Below are positions 53,181-64,000 of a stretch of DNA of 64,000 bases, in pieces (the stretch's first letter is position 1; every line of letters starts with the position of its first letter). Position numbers and translations under genes: made by a program. The notes below the pieces were generated by a model, which was not told the DNA's origin, did not search any database, and saw nothing but the letters and a program-made list of their open reading frames with translations. Source of the DNA: Octopus sinensis (taxonomy: Eukaryota); contig NC_043007.1 of the NCBI RefSeq assembly GCF_006345805.1, positions 13,702,001 to 13,766,000 of the forward strand. Reading direction: 5' to 3'.

Positions 53181-53693
53181 TCTATATATATAAAACTGTA
53201 GTTGTGTGAGCGTCTGTCCCCTTCGATTTAGATTCCTAACTACTCCCACATTTTGCGGTGCAGTTTAACCAAATTCGGGTATCTTAAAGTCGTGAGTCAT
53301 ATCGAGCCCGTCTGAGTATTAGCGCGCGTCTACGATGAGTCTACGATTTTAAAAATAATTTGACATCATTTTTCATTCCATTTTAATGCATAATTTTTTG
53401 TGTGTCGATGGCGGCGGAGTTGGTGTCCACGGTCACACCTGCACCTGTTTGCTTCTCCCCCTTCTTCCCTCCCTCGTGAAGCTGTGGGGAAGGGAGTGTA
53501 AGGAAATCAATGTCGTAAAGCGTTGTCAAGGAGACCAGCGTTCTTTTAGAACAACGACTTCATGGCTTGAAGACACCAAAACAGAAATGGCTAAGAAACC
53601 CCGAATTGGCATCTATAAGGGAAGTAACTCTCTAAAAATGCTTATATAGTTATTTCCCTTACAAACCCGAGCAACGCCGGGCGATACTGCTAG
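53181..53693 (+). mobile_element. Complete non-autonomous Helitron (513 bp)
   Basis: Lies between A53180 and T53694; 5' TCtatatatataaaa; 3' GC-rich hairpin cccgagcaacgccggg followed by CTAG; no TSD. Confidence 0.82.
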
Positions 53694-53817
53694 TCTATGA
53701 TATAATTCTGCTCATCACGATATATGTTTGAGGATAATATTTGAAATAACCTTAAGTACGGATCGCAATCGAAGATATAACTGGTATCTTTAACATGATA
53801 AAACAGAATTACAAAAT

Positions 53818-54032
53818 TACTCTTTACTCTTTACTCTTTTACTTGTTTCAGTCATTTGACTGCGGCCATGCTGGAGCACCGCCTTTAGTCGAGCAAATCG
53901 ACCCCGGCGACTTATTCTTTGTGAGCCCAGTACTTATCCTATCGGTCTCTTTTGTCGAACTGCTAAGTGACGGGACAGTAAACACACCAGCATCGGTTGT
54001 CAAGCAGTGCTAAGGGGACAAACACACACACA

Positions 54033-54069
<37 letters not shown>

Positions 54070-54228
54070 TACGACAGGCTTCTTTCAGTTTCCGTCTAGC
54101 AAATCCACTCACAAGGTATTGGTCGGACCGGCGCTATAGCAGAAGACACCTGCCCAAGATGCCACGCAGTGGGACTGAACCCAGAACCATGTGGCTGGTT
54201 AGCAAGCTACTTACCACACAGCCACTCC
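53818..54228 (-). mobile_element. Full-length SINE family B
   Basis: Same layout as the other B copies. Confidence 0.93.
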
Positions 54229-55042
54229 TGTGTATATTTATACAACAAATTAGAAATAAGATCGCTTGCAAAATATCAAATTGCCATGGATACCATGACA
54301 AGCGTATCACACAGCCACAAAAGAGGCACGAGTATATATATATATATATATACGTTGTACAGGTGTGAATAAATGGTTTTCATGTCTTTTCTGCGATCTA
54401 CACCATTAACAATCTATGGTCACAGACCAAGTCACGTGTCAAACAAATACAACATACACGCACACACAAACATACGCGCGAACGCACATGCATACGCACC
54501 TGCGCTCGCATATATATACACATATATATATATATTATATATGTGTGTGTATATAGATATATGCATACATACATACATACGAATATACAAATAGGATATA
54601 CACTTATACACATTTATACACATATACTGCAAAATAATTTGCGTATGACAGGGAAAGACACCTGAATATTAAGTCGAGTTGATATGCATACGTATATTAT
54701 ATATATATGTGCGTGTGTGTGTGTGTGTGTGTTGTGTGTGCGTGTGTGTATATATGTATGTATATATGTATGTATATATATATATATATATATATACAGA
54801 GAAACACTGAGAGAGAGAGATGAAAGAGGGGGAATGGAGAGAGAGGAGAGGGCGAAAGCCATTTGCATGTGCATGTGTGTGTGTGTGTGTGTGTGTGCGT
54901 GTATCAGGGGGCAATTGTCTGCGTATATACGAAAGGGAGAGTTTGCATTTGTAGAAGTTTGTTTATGAGCATTAAGCTATATGGCTATATGGACATAAAT
55001 TACCATGGCTTTATAGACGTAAATATATATATATATAATATA

Positions 55043-55088
<46 letters not shown>

Positions 55089-55660
55089 GCACATACACAA
55101 GCACATTAAACGGTGGAAATATATCAAACCACACCATTATCTAAAACACAGTTCAAAGATAGTTTTAATGGTTTAAAGATTTTTAAAATAGGTCATTTAT
55201 AGAATAGGGGGGAAAAAAAGATCAAGTAGAACTTGTAAAATGGAGAAGACGCTACAAGGCATTTGACTTTGGTATCGAAGTCCATGTCACGTCTATACAC
55301 TGTGGGTGAATAACGTATAACTCAAATGGGGAGAGATTCCATCTTTTGCAGCATTTATTTAAGTCTTTCCGGTCGCTGAAATTCTTTGTTATCTGAAAAT
55401 CACGATTGTTCAACATCCACTTCCGGGATCATGAATTAAATTTACCAACTTTAAACGATGATCGTGTCGCATGAGTGACTGTATGTATGTACGTCCTATG
55501 CCTGCGTGTAAGTATGTATGTATGTATGTATGTATATGTATGTATGTATGTATCTATGTTTGTACTTTTGTATGTATAAATGTATGCATGTATGCGCGTG
55601 TGTACATACAGATAGCCTGTGTGTGTATATATATATATGTATGTATGTATTGTACATATG

Positions 55661-55710
<50 letters not shown>

Positions 55711-56008
55711 GACGTGTGTGTGTGCGTGTGTGTGTATGTGTGTATGCATGTACGTATGTAGATATATACCTATGCAGATATATACACGCATATATATATA
55801 TATATATATATATGTATGAGCATTGTTGAGCATGCGATACGTTTATGTATGTATATAGATACATGTGTGTTCGTGCGAATGTGTATCCGTGTACGTGTGT
55901 ATGTGCGTTTGTTTCTGCGTGTGTGTGTGTGTGTGCGTGTGGTGTGAGTGTGTTATGATGATCCCTTTAAGGACAATCTGAGACACACACAATAATAACA
56001 TTAATAAC

Positions 56009-56062
<54 letters not shown>

Positions 56063-56487
56063 GACGCCGACGACGACAAAAACACGAGAGCAGCTATAAC
56101 AAAATCGTGTTGGCTAGATTAAAAACTAATTAATCAGATATTTTATTCTTCTTTTTTTTTAAATTTTACTTATATCAATTAATAAATTTTAAAATTGAAT
56201 ATAAATATTTGTTTTTCAAACAATAGAATTTCTTTGCAATCCTTTTGTACTTTGCGGAGCTATATCTACATATCCATTTCTTTTATAACACGAAGAATAT
56301 ACAAAATCTGTAAAAAAAAAAAAGTAGTTTTAGATTCGAAAATTAATCTAAAGCATGCAAGCATTGAAAGACGTTACTTTTGGCAATTTCAGAGAATTAC
56401 GTACATATCTCACACATAATAATTTAATATTTAGATGTTGTAGATTAATATTAACGTTATATCAGTTTCAATATGATGTCATTTTAA

Positions 56488-56661
56488 TACAGTTCTATAT
56501 TTAAGAGATGAGGAATTATGTACATTATTTACACTTGACGGATATTTGTCCTCATCTTCTTTGTTGTTAACACAACGTTTCGGCTGATATACCCTCCAGC
56601 CTTCGTCAGGTGTCTTGGGGAAATTTCGAACCAGGGTTCTCATTCCTAAGCTACTTTTCGA

Positions 56662-56662
<1 letters not shown>
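56488..56662 (-). mobile_element. Penelope-like terminal repeat with a hammerhead
   Basis: Minus strand ctgacgaaggctggagggtatatcagccgaaacgtt; diverged relative at about 57866-58030. Confidence 0.7.
56569..56614 (-). ncRNA. Minimal type I hammerhead ribozyme motif, canonical core
   Basis: gacac-CTGACGA-a-ggctg(gagggtatat)cagcc-GAAA-cg-TT-gtgtt. Confidence 0.7.
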
Positions 56663-56715
<53 letters not shown>

Positions 56716-56882
56716 CACTTCAACATCTAAGTTTAATTTGTCAAAATATTTTCATCGCTTTAAGACCGCGACCTGTTCACTGACAAAAACCTGCAGATGC
56801 AGCACGGATTTTTGTCAGTGAACAGGTCGCGGTTTTAAAGCGACGAAAATATATTGACAAATTAAACTTAAATGTTGAAGTG
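56716..56882. repeat. Long fold-back inverted repeat (arms of about 74 bp, 19-nt loop)
   Basis: 56716-56789 is the near-perfect reverse complement of 56809-56882; a single-arm copy lies at about 29486-29570. Confidence 0.92.
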
Positions 56883-57006
56883 AATCGAACGGCTTTTGTG
56901 TGTTTCTTAAATGGCTTACAAACACCTTCCACGCTGCAATTGTTTTCGTTTCAGCACACGATCTCAGATCAAATCACTTGCTATGCAAGTACATCCCATA
57001 TTATTA

Positions 57007-57042
<36 letters not shown>

Positions 57043-57079
57043 TATTATTATATTAGTATTATTATTATCATTATTATTA

Positions 57080-57620
57080 TTGAGTTTGAAAGAAGTGCAT
57101 GCCATCGAAGTGACACTGGGGTACAAATATACGAAGCCCAGTATACCCATCATGACTACCTGTCTGATAAGGGTACACCAGGCACATGCATCACAACCAT
57201 ATGTGCGCGACATGGTGATCTCATATCAAGATAAACAGCACATGACCTTGCAGGTGGGACCCAGTTAGATCTTTTTCTGGTCCAGTAACCCATCCTGCTC
57301 AAAAGGGTTGTTTAAGGATGTTGAACGAAACACCCATATTTCCAGAGGTGAATTATTCAAACCCCAAAGAATCCCTCTCAACAAATGGCTATGATGCTCC
57401 TCCACTACATCTGCTCGTGATCAGAGATGCACATATCATCAGCCACTAAGGGACATGCTCAACTGGTTACGGTCAAACAACTGACAAGCAAATCTGTGGT
57501 ATTGAGCAGAATATTTACTGTAGCCCGTCTTTTATACCAAGACAAAACAATGTACATAATAACACTTCCAATCAGTTAAGATCAGAAGCCACGAGAGCCA
57601 CTGCCTGGTACTGCATCAGT
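57080..57620 (-). mobile_element. Unclassified repeat ending in (TAA)n on the minus strand (possibly an R4/Dong-type 3' UTR)
   Basis: Non-coding block of mixed composition abutting a TAA array; the classification is unverified recollection and inference. Confidence 0.35.
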
Positions 57621-57675
57621 ACTCGGAATTTTGGGGTTAGTAGCCCGCGCTCTTAACCACTACGCCATATGCCCG
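57621..57675 (-). mobile_element. Truncated tRNA-like SINE head
   Basis: Minus strand cgggcatatggcgtagtggttaagagcgcgggctactaaccccaaaattccgagt: A-box intact, broken inside the B-box. Confidence 0.7.
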
Positions 57676-58904
57676 TATAGTATATGTATACATTACTTTC
57701 AATATATCTTTTTTATGATATGTAGATGTTCTTGTTCAGAAGGACACTCAACAATGGTTAGTCACGTATTCGACCTTTTGACTATTACATGCGCCCAACT
57801 ATTTCGGTGATTTACACCAGAGTGTGTACTTGAACAAGGAAGGGCTTATCAATCTGTATTTTTGAGATGAGGAATTATGTGCACTATTTACAATAGATGG
57901 ATAGGTGTCCTCAATTTGTATGTTTTTACCACAGCTGTTTCGGCTGATGTACAGTCCAGCCTTCATCAAGTGTTCTGGTAGAATTTCGAACCCAAACCTT
58001 TATTTGACTAATGGGGTACACTGTTCTCATTTCTAAGGTATGTTTCTGATGTCAATTTTCTGTTGATATAATTTTTGAAGTCCCTGCCATGTTCTCCATG
58101 TGTGCAGATACTTGATTATGCAACTGTTTCCTTGAACTATGAGATCTGATTGTTTCCTCAGGCGATATGTAAATATAATCTCCATAAGTTTAAAGTCTTC
58201 GGCTTTAAGAACATTTTATCTGTCTGTTGTGGCCTGAATTTTGTAGAAGTTTCTTGGAAGTCTAGCGTTCCATTAAAACAGCTTCGGAACCCAGCTTTTC
58301 GCTTCTTAGTCGATTGGACTTAGAGCCATCCACGTAGTTGCTATGTCTGTCTATTTCTCTACGCTCAGTAGCAGATATGACTGAAAGCCACCACTCAGCT
58401 CTTCGGTTCTTTTGATCTGCTGTTCGCGTCAAGTTGACAACTTCACCACATATATATTGCTTAAAGTAATGTTTCCGTTTCTTACAGTCGGAGAATGATG
58501 AAACTTGGAACTTTCCCAACTGCACGGCAGCTTTTTCATCGCACATTCTTGTCCACATTTCTTCAGCTCCGTTCCTCAGAAATAGCAAGATGCTAGAATT
58601 TCAGGATCGGATTTTGGCAGTTTGTATCTTGTTTCTCTCACCTTTGACATGCGTCTTGAGTCAACGTTTCTCTATAGTTCTGTATCTTACATTTAAACTC
58701 GGCGCCCTGTCGTGATTGCGATTCGCAATCACCAGCTTTTCGGGATCAGCATTTGCCCAATCTTCACACAGCATCCTATCCATTTTCCCGACAATTTTGA
58801 ACTTGACGAACTCTCGACCATCGACATTTTGAATAAACAGCATTTCCTCCATCACGATCCCAGCACACTTCTTTTTCAACCTGAAACAATATTTCAACCC
58901 GTTT

Positions 58905-59274
58905 ACATACTCTTTTACTCTTTTACTTGTTTCAGTCATTCGACTGCGGCCATGCTGGAGCACCACCTTTTAGTACTTATTCTATCGGTCTCTTTTGCCG
59001 AACCGCTAAGTGACGGGGACCGTAAACAAACAGCATCGGTTGTCAAGCAATGCTAGGGGGACAAACACACACACACATAACATATACATATATATACTAT
59101 ACATATACGACAGGCTTCTTTTCAGTTTCCGTCTACCAAATCCACTCACAAGGCATTGGTCGGCCCGGGGCTATAGCAGAAGACACTTGCCCAAGATGCC
59201 ACGCAAGTGGGACTGAACCCGCAACCGTGTGGTTGGTTAGCAAGCTACTTACCACACAGCCACTCCTGCGCCTA
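58905..59274 (-). mobile_element. SINE family B (small internal deletion)
   Basis: Tail, body and head present. Confidence 0.9.
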
Positions 59275-59611
59275 TAAACATGTAGAAATTTGCTGATATT
59301 CGAACATTCTTTTTCCTCGCAAGTACAGCAACTAGCTCATTTCAACATCCTGCTTTATGCAGTGTATGGCTCACTCCGTGTTTCCACTGCAATTCCAGCT
59401 CCTCATGACAGTCTTTGCACCAGCTCAACTTTTGCTGCTGCAAGTTCATTGCTAACTTTCAGTGTTACAGCTTTTGTCGTATTGTCTTGTTTTTCTTCTT
59501 ATATGAAATTGCGAGACTTAATTCCTCGACGTACTAAACTTTTTCAGAAGAATTTTCCTGCATGTACTTTGACAATACTTTGCTCCACTGTTTTCGCCTA
59601 CAGCATGCACG

Positions 59612-59860
59612 CACTCTTTTACTCTTTTACTCTTTTACTTGTTTCAGTCATTTGACTACGGCCATGCTGGAGCACCGCCTTTAGTCGAGCAAATCGACCC
59701 CGGGACTTATTCTTTTGTAAGCCCAGTACTTATTCTATCGGTCTCTTTTGCCGAACCGCTAAGTGACGGGGACGTAAAGACATCAGCATCGGTTGTCAAG
59801 CAATGCTAGGGAGGACAAACACGGACACACAAACACACACACACAAACACACACACACAC

Positions 59861-59933
<73 letters not shown>

Positions 59934-60170
59934 AAATATTATATATATATATATATAATATATATATATATTATATATATATCATATTATATATATGTAT
60001 ATATACATATATACGACAGGCTTCTTTCAATTTCCGTCTTACCAAATCCACTCACAAGGCTTTGGTCGGCCCGGGGCTATAGCAGAAACACTTGCCCAAG
60101 ATGCCACGCGGTGGAACTGAACCCGGAACCATGTGGCTGGTTAGCAAGCTACTTACCACACAGCCACACC
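59612..60170 (-). mobile_element. SINE family B with an expanded central (TA)n
   Basis: Tail, body and head present. Confidence 0.9.
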
Positions 60171-60581
60171 TGCGTACACTATTTACATATCATGCACTTC
60201 CCGTATTTTCGCTTTGTTGGATTCAATTTCTGTGGACTTTCTACAAACTTGCTATTTGTGAATGCCTACTACACTTACATCATTTTCTCCTTGCTACTCA
60301 TGTCTATGATGCAAAGCATTCGCTTATGCTACTGCATCAGACACAGCAAATTTTACTGTATTTTTCCTTTCTCCCTACCACACTCATAACACTTGTACGA
60401 ATTTCTTCTACTTTGAACTAACTCGAAACCTTGTACATAGACTGGAACGTTCCTCAGCATGCGCCTAGTTTAGCTTTTCTGTTGTTGCTTGCCTTTTCGT
60501 GTATTTGTTCATTTTCCTTCGCATTTGCTTAGTGTTGTATATCATCTGTTGATATTTAATTTTTCAGGACATTATCTATTC

Positions 60582-60779
60582 CAGTGCTTTTCAAACTTTT
60601 TGCTGGAGTGGAACCCCAAGGAAACATTCCACTGGCTCGAGGAACCCCTGTGCAATAATTAAAGTCTTATGCAACACATATGCACAGGAGAATTAAAAAT
60701 TACTGCCGATTTTAGCAGTTTTGTAACTTCTTGCGGAACCCCTGGACTGTATTGGCGGAACCCTGGTGAAAAACCACTG
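60582..60779. mobile_element. hAT-type MITE with an 8-bp TSD
   Basis: Termini cagtgctttt...aaaaccactg; atctattc at 60574-60581 and 60780-60787. Confidence 0.9.
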
Positions 60780-61924
60780 ATCTATTCAATACATATTTTT
60801 TAGTGAATATTCTATGTATTTGTAAAATGGTCTCAACGTTCGCACAGATGATTGCATGCCTTCACCCTATTATACACATGCACCATATATTATGCTTTCG
60901 GTTGATTTCCGTTATTCACCGCGCCCTTGTAAGACACATCTTAGCTCTATTAGACCCCTGGATGGTCACGTTATAAATAGAAGGTTGCCTGTCTCTTGCA
61001 ACGCAAAAGCGTATCACTGTCGATTTTTGGCACTCGTGTGTACACTCACTCTACCTCAGTCACGCTCTAATTGGCATTTTCTGCACTCTGCACGCGCAAA
61101 ACGACACAGCTATTCGGACTTACTGGAATAAATCCATTTCTCTATGCGTTTCCTTGGATTCTGTTTCCCGAGGGACACAATTTTCTCTGCATCTGTATTG
61201 CATGTAGACACACATACGTTACAGAATTTTGAATGTTGATTTTTTTACATTGGTCCTGAAATATTGCATTTATTCCATTCCGTTTTGATCAGTTTTTTGA
61301 CATCGTAAAAATGATGCATATATTTTTGTCATTTTCATTATTGTATACCGTTACCTCTGTGTAACGGTGTACCTGAGGTGTGCGTAGCGGTATCTAGATA
61401 GCTGAATGATCTTCCTTGCAAAAAAGATCAAAGAGTAACCGCCCTTCTCTAAGCTTCTCGATGCATCAATATCATAAGACGTGGTTCTTGATTATTCAAG
61501 AAGCTTAGCGTTCCTCTTGGAAGTTTCTAGAATGTCTAGCGTTCCATAAATTCAAACAGATTTCAAAGCCAGCTTTTCGCTCCTTAGTCGATTAGACTTA
61601 GAGCCATCCACATATTTGCTATGTCCGTCTATTTCTCTACACCCTGTAGAGGATAAGACTGAAAGCCACCACTTAGATGTTGTTCTACCTTCCTATCTCT
61701 GAACCTTCTTGCATAGATTACTTCAGTCAAATGAGATTCTACAATTTTTGATTCCATGTATCATCATCGAAAGAAGAAAAAAAAATATTTTTATGTAATA
61801 AATGTATATATCTTGAATTTATTCTCTCATCTCTCCATAAACTCTTGTATAATAATATACACGCAGCCACATCAACACCTTGTAATGTTTATATATTCTA
61901 CTATAATATGAAATTTTGAATTTA

Positions 61925-61993
61925 GCTCACGGATCTCCAGTAATCCTTTTGCGGATCATCAGAAGTCAGCGGACACCAGGTTGGGAACCACTG
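61925..61993. mobile_element. Single end of another hAT-type MITE
   Basis: Ends ggttgggaaccactg; the opposite TIR was not found. Confidence 0.4.
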
Positions 61994-62159
61994 GCCTAGG
62001 TGTATAGCAAACGTCGGGTTTAGTTAGAACTGCACGCACACTGCGTAAAGCACTGACAGTCTGAGGTCCATGTTGTGACTTGACAGACAGTAATGTCTCC
62101 GGTGGACATATTACCTTCAATCAATAACAGCACGACTTTGGATACTGTGTGAAGTCTTA

Positions 62160-62181
62160 AATATTAATAATAATAATAATG

Positions 62182-62212
<31 letters not shown>

Positions 62213-62566
62213 CAATATTAATAATAATAAAAATAATAATAACAATAATAATAATAACAACAACAACAATATTAATAATAATAATAATAATAATAATAGC
62301 AATAATAATAACAATAACAATAATAATAACAACAACAACAAAACAATAATAACGACAACAACAAAAATAATAATAATAATAAAACAATAATAATAATAAC
62401 AACAATAATAATAATAATAACAATAACAATAATAATATAATAATAATAACAACAACAACAACAAACAATAATAATAATAATAACAACAAGAACAACAATA
62501 ATAATAATAATAATAATAACAACAACAAGAACAACAACCACAACAATAATAATAATAATAATAATG

Positions 62567-62633
<67 letters not shown>

Positions 62634-62640
62634 GTAATAA
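62160..62640. repeat. (TAA)n/(CAA)n array
   Basis: Direct inspection. Confidence 0.95.
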
Positions 62641-62659
62641 TTGGCCAAATACCTTGCAA

Positions 62660-63201
62660 CAGCCAAAGATTGGATGCTAAAACTTGTTGTTTTATGTATG
62701 GAAGACCGAAAAAACTTCACTCTATTCTGAAAGAGAGCAAAAAATTTGCTACTGATCTCTTAGATAACTACCAGATCGATCAGGTTGAAGGAAATGCGCC
62801 AACTGCTGCTGCAAAGAAAATAAAATTAATTGCAAAGACAAAAGCACATGAGAATTTCGCTAGCAGATGGGAACAGAAACCTCTACATGGCAAGTATGTG
62901 GCTGATGTCACATACTTGCCATGTCGACCAGAAACACACGCATCAATGGTTACGAAGCTCAGAGCTAAAAGCAGAGAGTGAAGGTTTCATATTGGCTGCT
63001 CAAGACCAAAGAGTTTTAACCCGGACCTACAAGCCAATGTGATAAAAAATGGAGCTGCCCCCAAATGCTGATTCTGTAACGATGAGATTGAAACTATAGA
63101 CCACCTAATCTCATGGTGTAGAATCTTAGCACCAGTAGAATATAAAGCAAGACATGACAGAGTCGGCCAGTATTTACACTGGACAATATGTCGGCATTAT
63201 A

Positions 63202-63203
<2 letters not shown>
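62660..63203 (+). mobile_element. R4/Dong-like (RLE-type) non-LTR retrotransposon fragment
   Basis: WEQKPLHGKY, QWLRSSELKAESEGFILAAQDQ, then after a frameshift KC*FCNDEIETIDHLISWC...EYKARHDRV: CCHC knuckle plus the RHD motif. Confidence 0.85.
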
Positions 63204-63270
<67 letters not shown>

Positions 63271-63284
63271 GGATATATATATTC

Positions 63285-63316
<32 letters not shown>

Positions 63317-63401
63317 CATATATATATATACATATATATATATATATGTATGTGTATATATACATTTTATTTTTATTTTATTTTTATTTTATTTTTATTT
63401 T

Positions 63402-63780
63402 ATCTAGTTTCAGCTCACGGGCTGTGGTCATGCTGGGGCACCGCCATTTGGTGTTGCTACATGGTTTTACTTCACGAATGCGTTTTAGCAACTGCCATTT
63501 GGTGCATGAGAGAGTTCGATGCAGCATGCCCTCATCTGCACCTCCTGCCGTGAAGTTGGTTCATTCGGGACACCTGACAAGAAGAGATCCAGTTTCATTT
63601 TAAAGACATCCGCATCCACCCCATGCAGGTCCCTCAGGTTATTCGGGAGGATATTGAAGATTTGTGGGCCTCTGAAGCCCAGGCTATCACAGTATCTTGT
63701 CCTACATCTTGATAGCAAATTTGGAGTCCTAGCCACCACGCAGTGGCGCCCAGTTCTGCCATTTGTGTAACTCTCGATGC

Positions 63781-63782
<2 letters not shown>
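63402..63782 (-). mobile_element. 3' end of the same CR1 family as 16880-20397
   Basis: GIESYTNGRTGRHCVVARTPNLLSRCRTRYCDSLGFRGPQIFNILP; 3' UTR homologous. Confidence 0.93.
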
Positions 63783-63810
<28 letters not shown>

Positions 63811-63814
<4 letters not shown>

Positions 63815-63990
63815 TAATCCAAACAAGAAAGCATAAAAAAACACAACGCGAGGGCGTGAAACAAATATAGTATTATTAAACGCTCAGGAAAGAAGGAAAG
63901 AAGGAGGGTTTAACGTTTCGAGCGGAGCTCTTCGTCGGAAACATAGGAGAAGTAAAGATCCAGAGAAGGGAAGACAGAAGGAAAAAATGC
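63811..63990 (-). mobile_element. Penelope-like terminal repeat with a hammerhead motif (copy 2; motif at 63908-63942)
   Basis: Near-identical to 43878-44075. Confidence 0.65.
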
Positions 63991-64000
63991 ATACATATAT

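Noticed and set aside
47685-60170. Predominance of minus-strand SINEs in this interval
   Set aside because: Few independent events and orientation flips elsewhere in the window; not distinguishable from chance without a test.

Overview
Repeat-saturated, AT-rich animal genomic DNA, most likely a coleoid cephalopod (Octopus-like). This assignment is inferred from the SINE types and the extreme (TA)n/(TAGA)n/(TAA)n/(GAT)n microsatellite density; no search was run. I found no host protein-coding gene I can support, and almost all ORFs in the track are translated microsatellites. Real content: one near-full-length but frameshifted CR1-type LINE (about 16.9-20.4 kb; CCCH finger, APE endonuclease, RT), several LINE fragments (CR1, R4/Dong-like, RTE-like), more than 30 tRNA-headed SINE copies from at least 5 families (labelled A-E operationally), mariner deletion derivatives and MITEs, a hAT MITE with an 8-bp TSD, a complete non-autonomous Helitron, Penelope-like terminal repeats, and a 100-N assembly gap. 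Best leads: (1) several minimal hammerhead-ribozyme folds from different repeat families; (2) SINE family A forming exact 184-bp head-to-tail multimers with recurrent junctions; (3) a covarying 3' stem-loop shared by the CR1 LINE and SINE family B; (4) a palindromic 27-bp minisatellite packed with kappaB/STAT-like motifs. No CRISPR array, rRNA or intact tRNA gene was seen.
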